A stretch of DNA of 64,000 bases from an uncultured Candidatus Saccharibacteria bacterium (GCA_964612745.1 CAZTCH010000004.1:29382-93381); one strand, 5' to 3'; counted from the first letter of the stretch, positions 1 to 9,685 are shown. The notes: generated by a model not told the origin, from the sequence alone. Translations and numbers: made by a program.

Positions 1-193
1 CAGAAACATAATGACTCAACGCATACGCAATATACGCCGTGCGAAGCAAGTGCTCTGCAACAGACTGCTTCCCGCTACCTAAAAACCAAAGCCCGGACCG
101 AGGAGTCTGCGCTAAGATACCAACTTCGTACACAAAATTAGCTAGATCAGCTGGAGATTTGCGTTGTTTATTTGTTTTTTTCTTTATTGGCAT
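1..193 (-). CDS. HD-domain phosphohydrolase (YfbR/HDDC2-like), N-terminal part, runs off window
   Basis: Manual translation from ATG at 193: MPIKKKTNKQRKSPADLANFVYEVGILAQTPRSGLWFLGSGKQSVAEHLLRTAYIAYAL; the RSG...SVAEH motif is typical of this family. Not in ORF track. Confidence 0.8.
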   Translation of the reverse strand, partial: MPIKKKTNKQRKSPADLANFVYEVGILAQTPRSGLWFLGSGKQSVAEHLLRTAYIAYALSHYVS

Positions 194-246
194 AATCTCT
201 TGCGCACAGCAATCCAATAGAGCTTATCACTGAGGTTTTCTTCTTG

Positions 247-320
247 TGGTCGGGCTGCTGGGAATCGAACCCAGTCTATCTGGACCCAAACCAGACGTAC
301 TACCGGTATACTACAGCCCG
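247..320 (-). tRNA. tRNA-Pro(TGG)
   Basis: Reverse complement CGGGCTG...CAGCCCG-ACCA; anticodon arm TCTGG-TTTGGGT-CCAGA; T-loop TTCGATT. Confidence 0.95.
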
Positions 321-449
321 CCCACAAACAGAAAACAAATAACTGACTTAGTATACCTGAATTACAAAAACTGCGCCAGACCGTGCCAAGCCAGCAGCAT
401 ACCGCCGTAATTAACCGAACCCACTGAACACTTGTAGTACAATATAGTT

Positions 450-1118
450 ATGATTTCGAAACGACTCAAGGCACAGGCCACTGCTCTCAGAGACCTTGGC
501 CATTCATATAAATATATCGAAAAAGAATTAGGGATTAATCGGAGCACTCTCAGTGGTTGGTTCAAATGGCGACCATTTTCGCCGAATCAACACACCCTAG
601 ATAAAATAAAAAATGGTCCAAAAGTATCCGCCGCAAAACGAACCCGTGAGCGCTTAGAAAGAACAAGCTCTGCCAGACAGGATGCCAAAATACTACTAGG
701 TACACTGTCTCCGCGAGACATTCTATTGCTTGGCATTGGGTTGTATATGGGCGAAGGTTCTAAAAGTGGCGACATTGTACGCTTTTCAAACTCCGACCCC
801 CGTATGGTTCGTCTCTTTATTTATTGGTCTAAGCAAGCATTACAAGTAACTAATGTACACCTTCGCCTCAGGGTTCACTCATACCCTGATTTAAATACTG
901 CGGAAATAGAAAAATACTGGCTACAACAAACAGGGCTCCCAAAGTCATGTCTCACCAAAACCTTAATCGATACTCGTCAAAAAACCAAGGAAAAAAGTGG
1001 TAAGTTGCCTTTTGGCACAGTTCATATTACCATTTGTGCAGCGGGTGACAGCCGATACGGCGTGCATCTTTTCCGATTTATCGAAGGATTGATGCTTGCC
1101 GCATATGATACAATATAA
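450..1118 (+). CDS. N-terminal HTH plus LAGLIDADG-like domain protein
   Basis: HTH-like GHSYKYIEKELGINRSTLSGW; LAGLIDADG-like helix LLGIGLYMGEGS followed by FSNSDP; lies between two tRNAs. Confidence 0.65.
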   Translation: MISKRLKAQATALRDLGHSYKYIEKELGINRSTLSGWFKWRPFSPNQHTLDKIKNGPKVSAAKRTRERLERTSSARQDAKILLGTLSPRDILLLGIGLYMGEGSKSGDIVRFSNSDPRMVRLFIYWSKQALQVTNVHLRLRVHSYPDLNTAEIEKYWLQQTGLPKSCLTKTLIDTRQKTKEKSGKLPFGTVHITICAAGDSRYGVHLFRFIEGLMLAAYDTI

Positions 1119-1122
1119 GTCC

Positions 1123-1196
1123 GCGGGATTAGTATAATGGTAGTACGGGACCCTTCCAAGGTCTAGGCACGGGTTCGATTCCCGTATCCCGCTCCA
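1123..1196 (+). tRNA. tRNA-Gly(TCC)
   Basis: GCGGGAT...ATCCCGC-TCCA; anticodon loop CTTCCAA; GGTTCGATTCC T-arm. Confidence 0.95.
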
Positions 1197-1220
1197 GCCT
1201 TCGCCAAGGCTACGGCTGGC
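1194..1220. repeat. REP-like hairpin family A (CCGCCTTCGCTAAAGCTACGGCGG), copy 1
   Basis: CCAGCCTTCGCCAAGGCTACGGCTGG; related copies at 2951-2978, 21269-21298, 48871-48900. Confidence 0.75.
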
Positions 1221-1310
1221 TTACGCCAATGTAGATTTAGCGAAGGTTGAGACCACAGTTATTGTATTTACAAAAAAGCCCCTTCTGGGGGCTTTTTATT
1301 TTGCACGCTT

Positions 1311-1631
1311 TTACACCGCAGGGGCATCTGTTGGAGGCACTGGTGCAGACTTGCGTAATTTAACTGCTGCCTTAAATGCTTCGCCAGCTTTAAACTTTGG
1401 CGTGTTGAGTTCAGGAATCTGAATCTTTTGACTTGGCTGCCGTGGATTAACTCCAATGCGCGGCGCGCGGTGCGACACGCTAAACTGACCAAAGCCAGAT
1501 ATGTTTACTTTTTCTCCACTGCGCAGTTGATCGTAGATAATAGTAATTAACGTATTCAACATACGCTCTGCTTCGCTGTGGGTAATAGATAGCCGTGCGG
1601 CTAAAATTTCAGTAAGTTCAAGTTTGTTCAT
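1311..1631 (-). CDS. hup: HU family DNA-binding protein
   Basis: MNKLEL..., VNISGFGQF, RIGVNPRQP, PKFKAG motifs. Confidence 0.92.
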   Translation of the reverse strand: MNKLELTEILAARLSITHSEAERMLNTLITIIYDQLRSGEKVNISGFGQFSVSHRAPRIGVNPRQPSQKIQIPELNTPKFKAGEAFKAAVKLRKSAPVPPTDAPAV

Positions 1632-1794
1632 AGTTGGTCCTTTTTAAAAATGAGGACTAATTGAGCTACTAATAGTATAGCACAAATAAGCGGGAATTAT
1701 CGGAAAGAAAAAAGAAAGTCGAATGTCTTCACGTCGTAAAGTCTTCACGCCAGAATAGGAGTAAGACAAGATAACTCAAAAGTTTTGGTTTGAA

Positions 1795-1958
1795 ATTTCA
1801 AATAACAATAATCAAAACTCAAATAAACTCCAAGTTCCAATGCTCAGAGTAAGACCGTGTATTTGTTTGGTTATTTGATATTGGAATTTATTTGATATTT
1901 CGTGCTTGTTATTTGTGATTTTGCTTGTTTTTCTTGTGCTTGTTATTTGGCATTTCCC
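1795..1958. repeat. Inverted degenerate heptamer arrays (CAAATAA-type / TTATTTG-type), no enclosed gene
   Basis: A-rich 7-periodic left arm and complementary T-rich right arm. Confidence 0.65.
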
Positions 1959-2003
1959 AAAACAAAGGTCACCTTCGTACTGTACGAAGGTGACCTTTGT
2001 TTT
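1959..2003. terminator. Bidirectional intrinsic terminator, 22-bp perfect inverted repeat
   Basis: AAAACAAAGGTCACCTTCGTAC-T-GTACGAAGGTGACCTTTGTTTT downstream of nusB. Confidence 0.8.
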
Positions 2004-2012
2004 TTCCTATTC

Positions 2013-2067
2013 CCTACCCTTCGGCCGTGAGCTCAGGGTCGAACGAAAACCTAACTCCTAATTCCTA
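2013..2067. repeat. 55-nt dispersed repeat (REP-like family B plus TAACTCC heptamers), copy 1
   Basis: Matches 49641-49695 at 54/55 nt; includes the nusB stop codon. Confidence 0.85.
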
Positions 2068-2496
2068 TTTGGTTTGTTTTTCTTCTGTGTGGGAATTTTT
2101 GTACAGCGTACCAAGTACACCATTTACAAACTTACCACTCGCATCTCCACCAAAAGTTTTTGCCAACTCCACTGCTTCATTAATCGCTACTTTGGGTGGC
2201 ACTTGCTTTAAAAACTGCAACTCGTAAATGCCTAAGCGCAACACACTTCTGTCTACTGCCCCAATCTGGTCCACTGGCCACTCTGGCGCGGTTTCGGCAA
2301 GTACAGTGTCTATCTCTCCCAAATGTGCTACCACACCAGTTAACAGCTCACGAGCAAAAGCGTGGTCATCCATCCCTGGCGCTTGCTGCTCCAGATTGAG
2401 TGCCAAGATTTCGTCTACATTTTGTTTCTGACCGTTGAAGTCCCACTCAAAAAGGGTTTGCATAACAACGGCCCTGCTCAAATGTCTGTTTGCCAT
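2065..2496 (-). CDS. nusB: Transcription antitermination factor NusB
   Basis: [45 protein letters not shown] motifs. Confidence 0.97.
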   Translation of the reverse strand: MANRHLSRAVVMQTLFEWDFNGQKQNVDEILALNLEQQAPGMDDHAFARELLTGVVAHLGEIDTVLAETAPEWPVDQIGAVDRSVLRLGIYELQFLKQVPPKVAINEAVELAKTFGGDASGKFVNGVLGTLYKNSHTEEKQTK

Positions 2497-2588
2497 ATAA
2501 AAAAGCTAATCAGCTTTTTAGCTAACTAGCTTTTTAGCAAGTCACTTCTCACACAAGCTAAAGCAGCTAAGTAGCTAACAGCGCTGGG

Positions 2589-2759
2589 TTATTTAGTGAC
2601 TTTACGACCTTTGTAGTATCCGCAATTTGGACACGGCAAATGAGGCTTGGTTGGCTGACCACAGTTCTTACAGGTTGCAACTTGAATAGGCTTGAGCGCG
2701 TGGTGGCTTCGGCGTTGGTTACGACCAGAACGGGTCTTGTGTTTCTTTGGGACACCCAT
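2589..2759 (-). CDS. rpmF: 50S ribosomal protein L32
   Basis: Manual translation MGVPKKHKTRSGRNQRRSHHALKPIQVATCKNCGQPTKPHLPCPNCGYYKGRKVTK (56 aa, below ORF-track cutoff). Confidence 0.95.
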   Translation of the reverse strand: MGVPKKHKTRSGRNQRRSHHALKPIQVATCKNCGQPTKPHLPCPNCGYYKGRKVTK

Positions 2760-2865
2760 AGGTTTAAAAATTCAAATTACAAATATCAAAATCCGTAAAG
2801 GAAAGCGAAACTAGAGGAATTATAAGGAAAAAATTCATTTTGGTCAAATCTGAGCCGACAGCATC

Positions 2866-2978
2866 CATAGACCTGCCTTTATCCGTAGGCATCCGTAGAT
2901 TCGTAGGTATCCGTAGATCTGTATGTATCCGTAGATCTGTAGAGCAGCCACCCAGCCTTCGCATAAAGCTACGGCGGG
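2866..2978. repeat. Degenerate 9-mer tandem array (ATCCGTAGG-like) followed by REP-like family A hairpin
   Basis: atccgtagg catccgtag attcgtagg tatccgtag atctgtatg tatccgtag atctgtag; hairpin at 2951-2978. Confidence 0.75.
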
Positions 2979-3004
2979 TTGTTTAACTATGTATTTTCAA
3001 GGGT

Positions 3005-3183
3005 AAACAAAAAAGCCACGAGCACAGAACCTAGAGCGCCATGTAAAATTACGCTGGTTTGTCGTGACTTTTATAGCGCCCCCAATCCGTGCGATACGGA
3101 ATCAGGAGCATGAAATCTGGCTCTAAGCCAAATAAAAAACCGTAGAATACGGGTGTTTTTAGTTTTTGCGGGTGTTTGTATGT
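3005..3183 (-). ncRNA. Candidate structured RNA or long leader upstream of rpmF
   Basis: Promoter TTGACA(3218-3213)-N17-TACTAT(3195-3190); G-U-containing stems on minus strand; ends in U-tract. Confidence 0.45.
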
Positions 3184-3259
3184 AGACGTATAGTACCTGC
3201 TTGTTGCGGATTTGTCAAGACTCTTGGATAAACCGAAAAAGAACGCATAGATAAGGGAA

Positions 3260-3388
3260 AATTCCAAATAACAAGCATCAAATATCAAATAAATTCCAAT
3301 ATCAAATAACAAAACGAATACACTTTCTTATTTCGGATATTGTCTATTGGAGCTTATTTGAGTTTTGGATTTTGTTGTTTGTTATTTA
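3260..3388. repeat. Inverted degenerate heptamer arrays (CAAATAT/CAAATAA-type), no enclosed gene
   Basis: Same family and architecture as 1795-1958. Confidence 0.65.
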
Positions 3389-3459
3389 AAAAGCCGGAGC
3401 TCTCGCCCCGGCTTTTGCCCCCCCCTACTTACCTACAACCTAACTCCTAATTCCTGCCT

Positions 3460-5175
3460 CTAGTACATTCCGCCCATGCCGCCCATTCCTCCCATACCAC
3501 CCATAGGTGCTGCCGGTGCATCTGACTTTGGCTCAGGTTTATCTGCAATAATTGTATCTGTTGTGATTAGTGTAGAAGCAATAGAAACAGCGTTTTCTAA
3601 GGCAAGCCTGGTCACTTTTAATGGATCCAAAATCCCCGCTTTTACCAAATCTTTAATACCTGCTTCTCCCCCACCAATATAGCTAAAATCATATCCGAAA
3701 TGTTCAACCTTCGAACCTTCTGCTTCTGCCTTCTTTGGAGCAAGGTGTTTTATGTCAGACGCCAAGTCAGCGGACAGCCCCGAGTTTTCAGCCATTTGTA
3801 GGAACGGTGCGCTCAGAGATTTAGCAACAGCATTAATACCTGCCACCTCAGCTGCGTTAACCGCGCCTGATTTAATCAATTCATCACGATGCACAGCCAA
3901 CTTTGCTTCCATATGCAGCAGTGCGGCACCACCACCGGCAACAATACCTTCTTCTACCGCTGCTTTGGTCGCATTGAGCGCATCTTCTATCTTGAATTTC
4001 TTGGCTTTCATCTCGGTTTCGGTAAATGCGCCTACCTTGATAACGCCAACCCCACCAGACAAGCGTGCGATTCGTTCTTGCAACTTCTCTTTGTCATATT
4101 CACTGTTCGAGTTTTTGTACTCATTGCGAATTTGGTTTACACGGTTTTCCAAAGCAGTTTTTTCGCCTTGTCCGTCTATGATGGTTGTAAACTCTTTGGT
4201 AGCAATAACTTTGCGGGCACGACCAAGCTGTGTTAGTTCTGTTTTGTCGAGCTTGAATCCAAGGTCTTCGGTAATTACTTGTCCACCGGTTAGCACAGCA
4301 ATGTCCAACAACATTTCTTTGCGGCGGTCACCAAATCCTGGTGCCTTCACTGCCAAAATGTTAAATGTACCGCGAAGCTTGTTTAGCACAAACGTTGCCA
4401 AAGCTTCCCCTTCGACGTCATCAGCAATAATTACCAAATCTTTTTTCCCACTCTGCGCTACTTTTTCTAACAACGGCAACACATCTTGCACACTGGAAAT
4501 CTTTTTGTCGGTAATTAAAATGTATGGATCATCCCACACCGCCTCCATGCGTTCGGAGTTGCTTACCATGTAGGCAGACACAAACCCTTTGTCGAAGCGC
4601 ATGCCTTTTACCACTTCGTGCTCGAGCCCAACTTTTTGCCCTTCTTCTACGGTAATAACGCCATCTTTACCTACTTCGTCCATGACTTGCGCAATCAACT
4701 TACCCACTTCTGGGTCAAGGGAAGAGATAGTAGCTACTTGCTCTATTTCTTCTTTCGTCTTTATTTCTTGCTTCACTTTGGAAAGCTCTTCTACTACAAA
4801 GCGCACCGCAGCGTCCATCCCACGCTTAATACTGTTTGCATGTGCAGGAGCAATGGCTGCTGCTTCAAACCCTTGCTCAATCATTTTTTGTGCCAACACA
4901 GTTGCGGTAGTTGTACCGTCCCCTGCAATTTCGTTTGTCTTGTTGGCGACTTCTTGAATGAGTGATGCACCAATGTTTTCGAACTTGTCTTCGAGATCAA
5001 TTTCTTTTGCAACCGTGACCCCGTCGTCGCTAATGATTGGGCTGCCAAAACCTTTGTCGATAATAACTGGCTTCCCTGTTGGACCAAGTGTTACTTTGAC
5101 TGCATCTGCTGCAATATTTACACCATTCATGATTGCCATCTTGGCGGCAAATCCTTTTTTTATAAGTTTAGACAT
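3460..5175 (-). CDS. groL: Chaperonin GroEL
   Basis: [27 protein letters not shown] tail. Confidence 0.99.
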   Translation of the reverse strand: MSKLIKKGFAAKMAIMNGVNIAADAVKVTLGPTGKPVIIDKGFGSPIISDDGVTVAKEIDLEDKFENIGASLIQEVANKTNEIAGDGTTTATVLAQKMIEQGFEAAAIAPAHANSIKRGMDAAVRFVVEELSKVKQEIKTKEEIEQVATISSLDPEVGKLIAQVMDEVGKDGVITVEEGQKVGLEHEVVKGMRFDKGFVSAYMVSNSERMEAVWDDPYILITDKKISSVQDVLPLLEKVAQSGKKDLVIIADDVEGEALATFVLNKLRGTFNILAVKAPGFGDRRKEMLLDIAVLTGGQVITEDLGFKLDKTELTQLGRARKVIATKEFTTIIDGQGEKTALENRVNQIRNEYKNSNSEYDKEKLQERIARLSGGVGVIKVGAFTETEMKAKKFKIEDALNATKAAVEEGIVAGGGAALLHMEAKLAVHRDELIKSGAVNAAEVAGINAVAKSLSAPFLQMAENSGLSADLASDIKHLAPKKAEAEGSKVEHFGYDFSYIGGGEAGIKDLVKAGILDPLKVTRLALENAVSIASTLITTDTIIADKPEPKSDAPAAPMGGMGGMGGMGGMY

Positions 5176-5177
5176 AT

Positions 5178-5278
5178 TTCACGGATTACGGATTTCACGG
5201 ATAACACAGATCCCTTGCAAGACGTTTCGAAGAAGGAGAAACAATCTGCGGAATCCGTGATATCAGTGTATCTGTGGT
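5178..5278. repeat. Inverted 9-mer arrays between groES and groEL
   Basis: ACGGATTAC/ACGGATAAC/ACAGAT left arm and ATCTGCGGA/ATCCGTGAT/ATCAGTGT/ATCTGTGG right arm; similar pair at 5608-5692. Confidence 0.7.
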
Positions 5279-5288
5279 TTAATTATAT

Positions 5289-5594
5289 TTATTCAATAAC
5301 AGCCAGGACGTCTGACTCGTCTTTTTCGTGACCAACGTAGAGCACTTTGTACTCAACTTTTGTACCGTCTTCGTCTACTTCTACTTCGTCACCACTGTAC
5401 TTACCAAACACGACTTCGTCACCAATTTTTAAACCAAGTTTGGTAATTTCTTCTCCGGTGCCTACGGCAACAATCTTGCCACGAGCTTTCTTTTCCTTTT
5501 CAGCTGTCGCAGCGAGTACAATGCCGCTCTTTGTTACTTCCTCTTCTTTAATCGGAGCAACTAATATACGATTGCCAATTGGTTTTACTTGCAT
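5289..5594 (-). CDS. groS: Co-chaperonin GroES
   Basis: KPIGNRILV, TKSGIVL, VAVGTG, GDEVVFGKYSG. Confidence 0.98.
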   Translation of the reverse strand: MQVKPIGNRILVAPIKEEEVTKSGIVLAATAEKEKKARGKIVAVGTGEEITKLGLKIGDEVVFGKYSGDEVEVDEDGTKVEYKVLYVGHEKDESDVLAVIE

Positions 5595-5731
5595 ACATTA
5601 CCCCTAATGCAGATATACAGATTGATGCTGATCTACGGATTCCTACGGATTCTAAAATCTGTAGTCATCTGTATATCTGCATGGATCTGTAAATCGGCGT
5701 TACTTTAAAAAGGCTACACAGTGACATGAAA

Positions 5732-5787
5732 TTATCACTCTCTAGCACTGACTGATAATAGTGTAGCAAAGCCCTAGCCCCTGTCAA
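5732..5787 (-). promoter_or_regulatory. groESL promoter with variant CIRCE operator
   Basis: TTGACA(5787-5782)-N16-TACACT(5765-5760); TTATCACTC-N9-GACTGATAA at 5732-5758. Confidence 0.8.
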
Positions 5788-5915
5788 CGTTGACAAACCA
5801 CATCCATTTTTGCGCAGTTAAAAGTCCCAACACCTGCTCTGGAGCTTGCCGAAAAACCCTGCAAAACCACTGTCCCAACCCCCTATTTACCGTACAAATA
5901 TAACCCATAAGTAAA

Positions 5916-5944
5916 TTGACAAAACATACTAAATATGGTAAAAT
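5916..5944 (+). promoter_or_regulatory. Sigma70-type promoter of accessory two-gene unit
   Basis: TTGACA-N17-TAAAAT with extended TG. Confidence 0.75.
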
Positions 5945-6089
5945 ACCAAAGTTTTCTGGATACCGCGTTAAACAACAGCTTTACGCGTCCATGATTGTGC
6001 ATACTCACCCATACACAGCCATGGCCCTGTAAATCGTTACAGCGCGCCAGACCCACATCAGAAGGAAAACAAAAGGAGCAAAGAAATTT

Positions 6090-6281
6090 ATGTTTGATTT
6101 ACCACCAGTCGTGTACATAGCTATCGGAATAGCTGGGTTTGTTTGCGTTTGGTATTTCACACAAGTCAAATTAACCTGCCAAGAGTGCGGCGCTTCCACA
6201 CGCCCTCAAAAAGAAAAAATAGCCGGCGTTGCCTACAACTACTGCCGGAACTGCGGTAATTGTCTTGGCAAAGCCGCTTAA
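6090..6281 (+). CDS. Small membrane-anchored zinc-ribbon protein
   Basis: AAGGAG RBS; N-terminal TM helix; CQEC and CRNC pairs. Confidence 0.75.
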   Translation: MFDLPPVVYIAIGIAGFVCVWYFTQVKLTCQECGASTRPQKEKIAGVAYNYCRNCGNCLGKAA

Positions 6282-6398
6282 ACAGCGATAAAGTCCCACT
6301 CGAATGACGATAAGGGGAACAACCCCGAAAACGTCATACCGAGACAATGGGAAAAGAAAAACTAGCGGTCTTAACACCGCAAAAATCAGGAGGAACCC

Positions 6399-6782
6399 TT
6401 GAGACGTATTTTATCAATTGCCGTTTTAACTGGCTGTATTTGGTTTATTGCAAACCAAGCTGCGAAGCAGACGCCGCCGGAAGAGGTTGAAGACTCACCG
6501 ATTGTGGGCGTTTATCCCGTTGGCGAATGGCTGCCCTTGCAGCCATTTGACCCAGCAAACGGCGGCGCTTGCGCGAACAACTACATCGTTGTCAGCCGTG
6601 GCACTATCACTGGTGCCCACAGCAAGTACAAACAGTTATTCTCGCTAGAAATCGCTGATGGCGAAATCACCGCGGGCAACAGCAGGCAGATTTACTTCTT
6701 TTTGCCGGACAAAAACGGCAGGAGAAAATTTAAGATGCAGCTCACAGCTGCGGAGATGAAGTGTCTCCCAGCTAAGCAGTAA
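6399..6782 (+). CDS. Hypothetical secreted/anchored protein
   Basis: AGGAGG RBS before TTG; signal-like N-terminus; terminator hairpin at 6798-6832. Confidence 0.7.
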   Translation: MRRILSIAVLTGCIWFIANQAAKQTPPEEVEDSPIVGVYPVGEWLPLQPFDPANGGACANNYIVVSRGTITGAHSKYKQLFSLEIADGEITAGNSRQIYFFLPDKNGRRKFKMQLTAAEMKCLPAKQ

Positions 6783-6860
6783 CAGTTTCAAAACCCCGAG
6801 GCAGAAACGCACATATGTGTCGTTTCTGCCTCTTTTCATTTTTGCGATATACTATAAGAT

Positions 6861-7628
6861 ATGAACCATGCATATAACTCAGATGCAGCAAGCCGTGCGT
6901 ACCAAGACTTTCTAGCCTCGGAAGACGGGAAACTTTTCCGTCAAATACTGGGAAGAGAGTTTACCCGAGCACTCCTTGCAAACCAGTCTACACACACAGA
7001 TTCCACTTCTACAATTCTGGATGCTGGGTGTGGAGATGGCTGGCTGGCAGGGCTTTTGTCCGAGCAGTTTCCAAGTGCGACAATCCATGCGTGCGATGCA
7101 GGAGAACCACTTATTACCACAGCAAAGGGCGCATACCCACAAGTACAGTTTTCTGTGTGCGATTTAAATCAACCTCTCCCCTACGAGAACAACATGTTCG
7201 ATGTAGCCTGTGCTTCCATGGTACTGCACGACGTAAGTGACGAAGCTGCAACACTGACCAATATAGCTCATACACTCAAGCCAAACGGCACACTATACGC
7301 CAGTATAGTAAACCCTTACTACGGCTACCCCGTGGGTGAATGGAAACGTGGTATTGTAGGCAGACTACTCGGACAAAAACCCAAGCTCAGGCTCGCCCGC
7401 GCGTACAACGTACTGGCGCGCGAAGCTAGACCAAATTTTGAGTGGCGTGAGCATTTGGGCTCCCACTTTACTCCGCTTGCAGCACACATGGCCGCTGCGC
7501 GTTCTGCTGGACTTGTGGTAAGCAATATTACCGACATTACCAGCACCGCAGACAGCGATACCTACAACCTCACGTACCAACTGCACAGATTTCCAATAAT
7601 TTTACTGCTAGAATTCAAGAAAAAATAA
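6861..7628 (+). CDS. Class I SAM-dependent methyltransferase
   Basis: ILDAGCGDG motif I, FDVACASMVLH, LKPNG. Confidence 0.9.
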   Translation: MNHAYNSDAASRAYQDFLASEDGKLFRQILGREFTRALLANQSTHTDSTSTILDAGCGDGWLAGLLSEQFPSATIHACDAGEPLITTAKGAYPQVQFSVCDLNQPLPYENNMFDVACASMVLHDVSDEAATLTNIAHTLKPNGTLYASIVNPYYGYPVGEWKRGIVGRLLGQKPKLRLARAYNVLAREARPNFEWREHLGSHFTPLAAHMAAARSAGLVVSNITDITSTADSDTYNLTYQLHRFPIILLLEFKKK

Positions 7629-7629
7629 T

Positions 7630-7742
7630 AGATACCAATATACAAATTGGTACTAATGAAACCAATACATACTAATGTGGTAGATAGCATTCGTACTCAT
7701 TCGTAACATGTGTACTCATTCGTATATTGGTATCTTATATTA
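7630..7742. repeat. Inverted 9-mer arrays (TACTAATGA-like / CATTCGTAC-like) between convergent genes
   Basis: 9-periodic arms in opposite orientation. Confidence 0.6.
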
Positions 7743-7747
7743 GCGTT

Positions 7748-8665
7748 CTATTTAAACGCTTCTAATATCGCATCCTGCTTGCTTTTAGGGTGAAACGAAA
7801 GCTCATCTTGCGTCACAATAATATGCCGCTCGTCTTTATGAATGCGCTTGCTTTGCCAGCCACCCAACCATGCTTCGAGGTGAGCACCACCCATGTACGC
7901 TATAACTTTTTCTACTACGGCTTGTACACCACGATTTTTAGGCACGTGCAAAACTGGAAATTGCACATTGGGGAAAAACGCTTGCAACCATTCCCTGTTC
8001 ACATTTTGAAACTGGCGGATGTACACTTCTCCAAATAACGGTCGCAACTTGCAATACTCAGAAGCGGTGTACCAATTACGCCCCTCTTGCATGTGCTTGG
8101 TCCCTGCAAGGTAATGGTTCAAACAAACTCTGCGAGCAATTTTGTTCCCGTACCGCCGAATACCCAAAAAATGGAAAAATGCAGTTACTAACGTACGGGG
8201 TAGCCACAGCCACCGCGGATCAGTTATAACAAACAAATCAATATCGCTCCCTGCTTTGACCACACCGAGCGCTTGGCTTCCCGCAAGACCTGCAGCCCGC
8301 ACAAAAGGAATGACTGCACAAATAGACACGAACCAGCGGATGCGCTTTTCCCGCCAGACGCCTTGCTGGTAACCCTTCCACCGCGCAAGCAGTATGCCTT
8401 GGTTGGCAGATAGCGTGTAATAGCCATAGCGTGTGACAACCCTTCCAGATTCCACCAACTTGTCTAACACTGCCAAAACTTCTGCAAACTCCACCGTCCC
8501 AGACAGACCTTTCGGAATGTCTATAAGTTCTCCCCTTCCACCAACATGCGCATCTAGTACGTGTGGGTCCTGAACTAAATACCAAAACAACTCAAACTGA
8601 GTGAGCGCAGTACTTTGCAACGCAAAAAATGATAACGTTTTTTCTATTCGTTCTTCTACAGTCAT
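7748..8665 (-). CDS. Pol-beta-superfamily nucleotidyltransferase-like protein
   Basis: GSQALG...SDIDLF (GS-x-DxD) motif. Confidence 0.6.
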   Translation of the reverse strand: MTVEERIEKTLSFFALQSTALTQFELFWYLVQDPHVLDAHVGGRGELIDIPKGLSGTVEFAEVLAVLDKLVESGRVVTRYGYYTLSANQGILLARWKGYQQGVWREKRIRWFVSICAVIPFVRAAGLAGSQALGVVKAGSDIDLFVITDPRWLWLPRTLVTAFFHFLGIRRYGNKIARRVCLNHYLAGTKHMQEGRNWYTASEYCKLRPLFGEVYIRQFQNVNREWLQAFFPNVQFPVLHVPKNRGVQAVVEKVIAYMGGAHLEAWLGGWQSKRIHKDERHIIVTQDELSFHPKSKQDAILEAFK

Positions 8666-8694
8666 ATAAGCTTCAGCAACTACCTACACCGAAA

Positions 8695-9621
8695 TTACTT
8701 TTGACACTGCGGACAAAAACAAGCTGTTCTACCACCCATCTTCATGCTTTCTATCATACTACCACAGACTTTACACGCTTGTTTTTTCCTCCCGTACACA
8801 AAATGGTACTTACCCATACTCCCCCACGCGCCATCGGTTCGCACAAAGTCGCCCACGCTCGACCCCTTGGCGCGAATCCCTTGGCGCAATACTGGTCCGA
8901 TAGCTTCAAAGATTCGTTGCAACTCAGCAGTGGAGAGTGTAGACACGAGCCTTTCGGGACGCACCCCTGCACAAAATAAAATTTCATCGCTATATATATT
9001 CCCTATCCCAACCACCACGGCGGGGTCCATGAGCACTAGCTTTATGGGGCTCTTGGCTCGTCTCTGTACCGCAAGGATAAATTGCTCACTCGTGAACGAC
9101 TTATCCAAAGGCTCGGGGCCATAGTCTTGCAACTCTTGTATCTGTGCAACAGCATCGTCTGCTACAAGTTTCAAATACCCGAACTGGCGCATGTCATTGA
9201 AGTACAATGTACTACCATCGGTAAACTGAAACACCACATGAGTATGCTTACTGGGCAACTGTACCAGCGGTGCTGAAAGCTTGTTTAAAATTCTATATTT
9301 ACTCCCAGTCTTGGCACGCAAAGCAGGGTCTTCAAAAATAAACTGCCCTGTCATCTTCAAATGCACAAACAACGTATGCGAACCAGACAATTCGAATATA
9401 AGTAGCTTTGCTCTGCGCCGTACTGCTACAACTTGTACACCTTGCAGTGATTTGGCAAACCGTCCGGCAATTGATTTTGAACCTACACGCTTATTCCCCA
9501 GACCTTCTGGCCCAACTGCTACAAGCTTAAAAGACCGGACATCCACAGTACTTATGGTGCGTCCGGCAAGTTTTTTATGCAGCTCTCTAACTACGGTTTC
9601 GACTTCGGGTAATTCGGGCAT
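8695..9621 (-). CDS. mutM: Formamidopyrimidine-DNA glycosylase
   Basis: MPELPEVE, RRAK, HLKMTG, GIGNIYSDE, C-terminal zinc finger. Confidence 0.97.
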   Translation of the reverse strand: MPELPEVETVVRELHKKLAGRTISTVDVRSFKLVAVGPEGLGNKRVGSKSIAGRFAKSLQGVQVVAVRRRAKLLIFELSGSHTLFVHLKMTGQFIFEDPALRAKTGSKYRILNKLSAPLVQLPSKHTHVVFQFTDGSTLYFNDMRQFGYLKLVADDAVAQIQELQDYGPEPLDKSFTSEQFILAVQRRAKSPIKLVLMDPAVVVGIGNIYSDEILFCAGVRPERLVSTLSTAELQRIFEAIGPVLRQGIRAKGSSVGDFVRTDGAWGSMGKYHFVYGRKKQACKVCGSMIESMKMGGRTACFCPQCQK

Positions 9622-9626
9622 AAATG

Positions 9627-9685
9627 TAGTGCCTAGTGCCTAGTGCCTAGTGCCTAGTGCCTAGTGCCTAGTGCCTAGTGCCTAG
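9627..9685. repeat. Perfect tandem repeat (TAGTGCC)x8
   Basis: Eight exact copies plus TAG immediately 5' of mutM ATG. Confidence 0.95.

Noticed and set aside
2567-3312. ORFs 2567-2755, 2764-2964, 3049-3312
   Set aside because: The first is the wrong frame of rpmF; the others are repeat- or leader-derived.
3752-5260. Long antisense ORFs opposite groEL (also ftsZ, dnaK, uvrA)
   Set aside because: Shadow frames of conserved genes.
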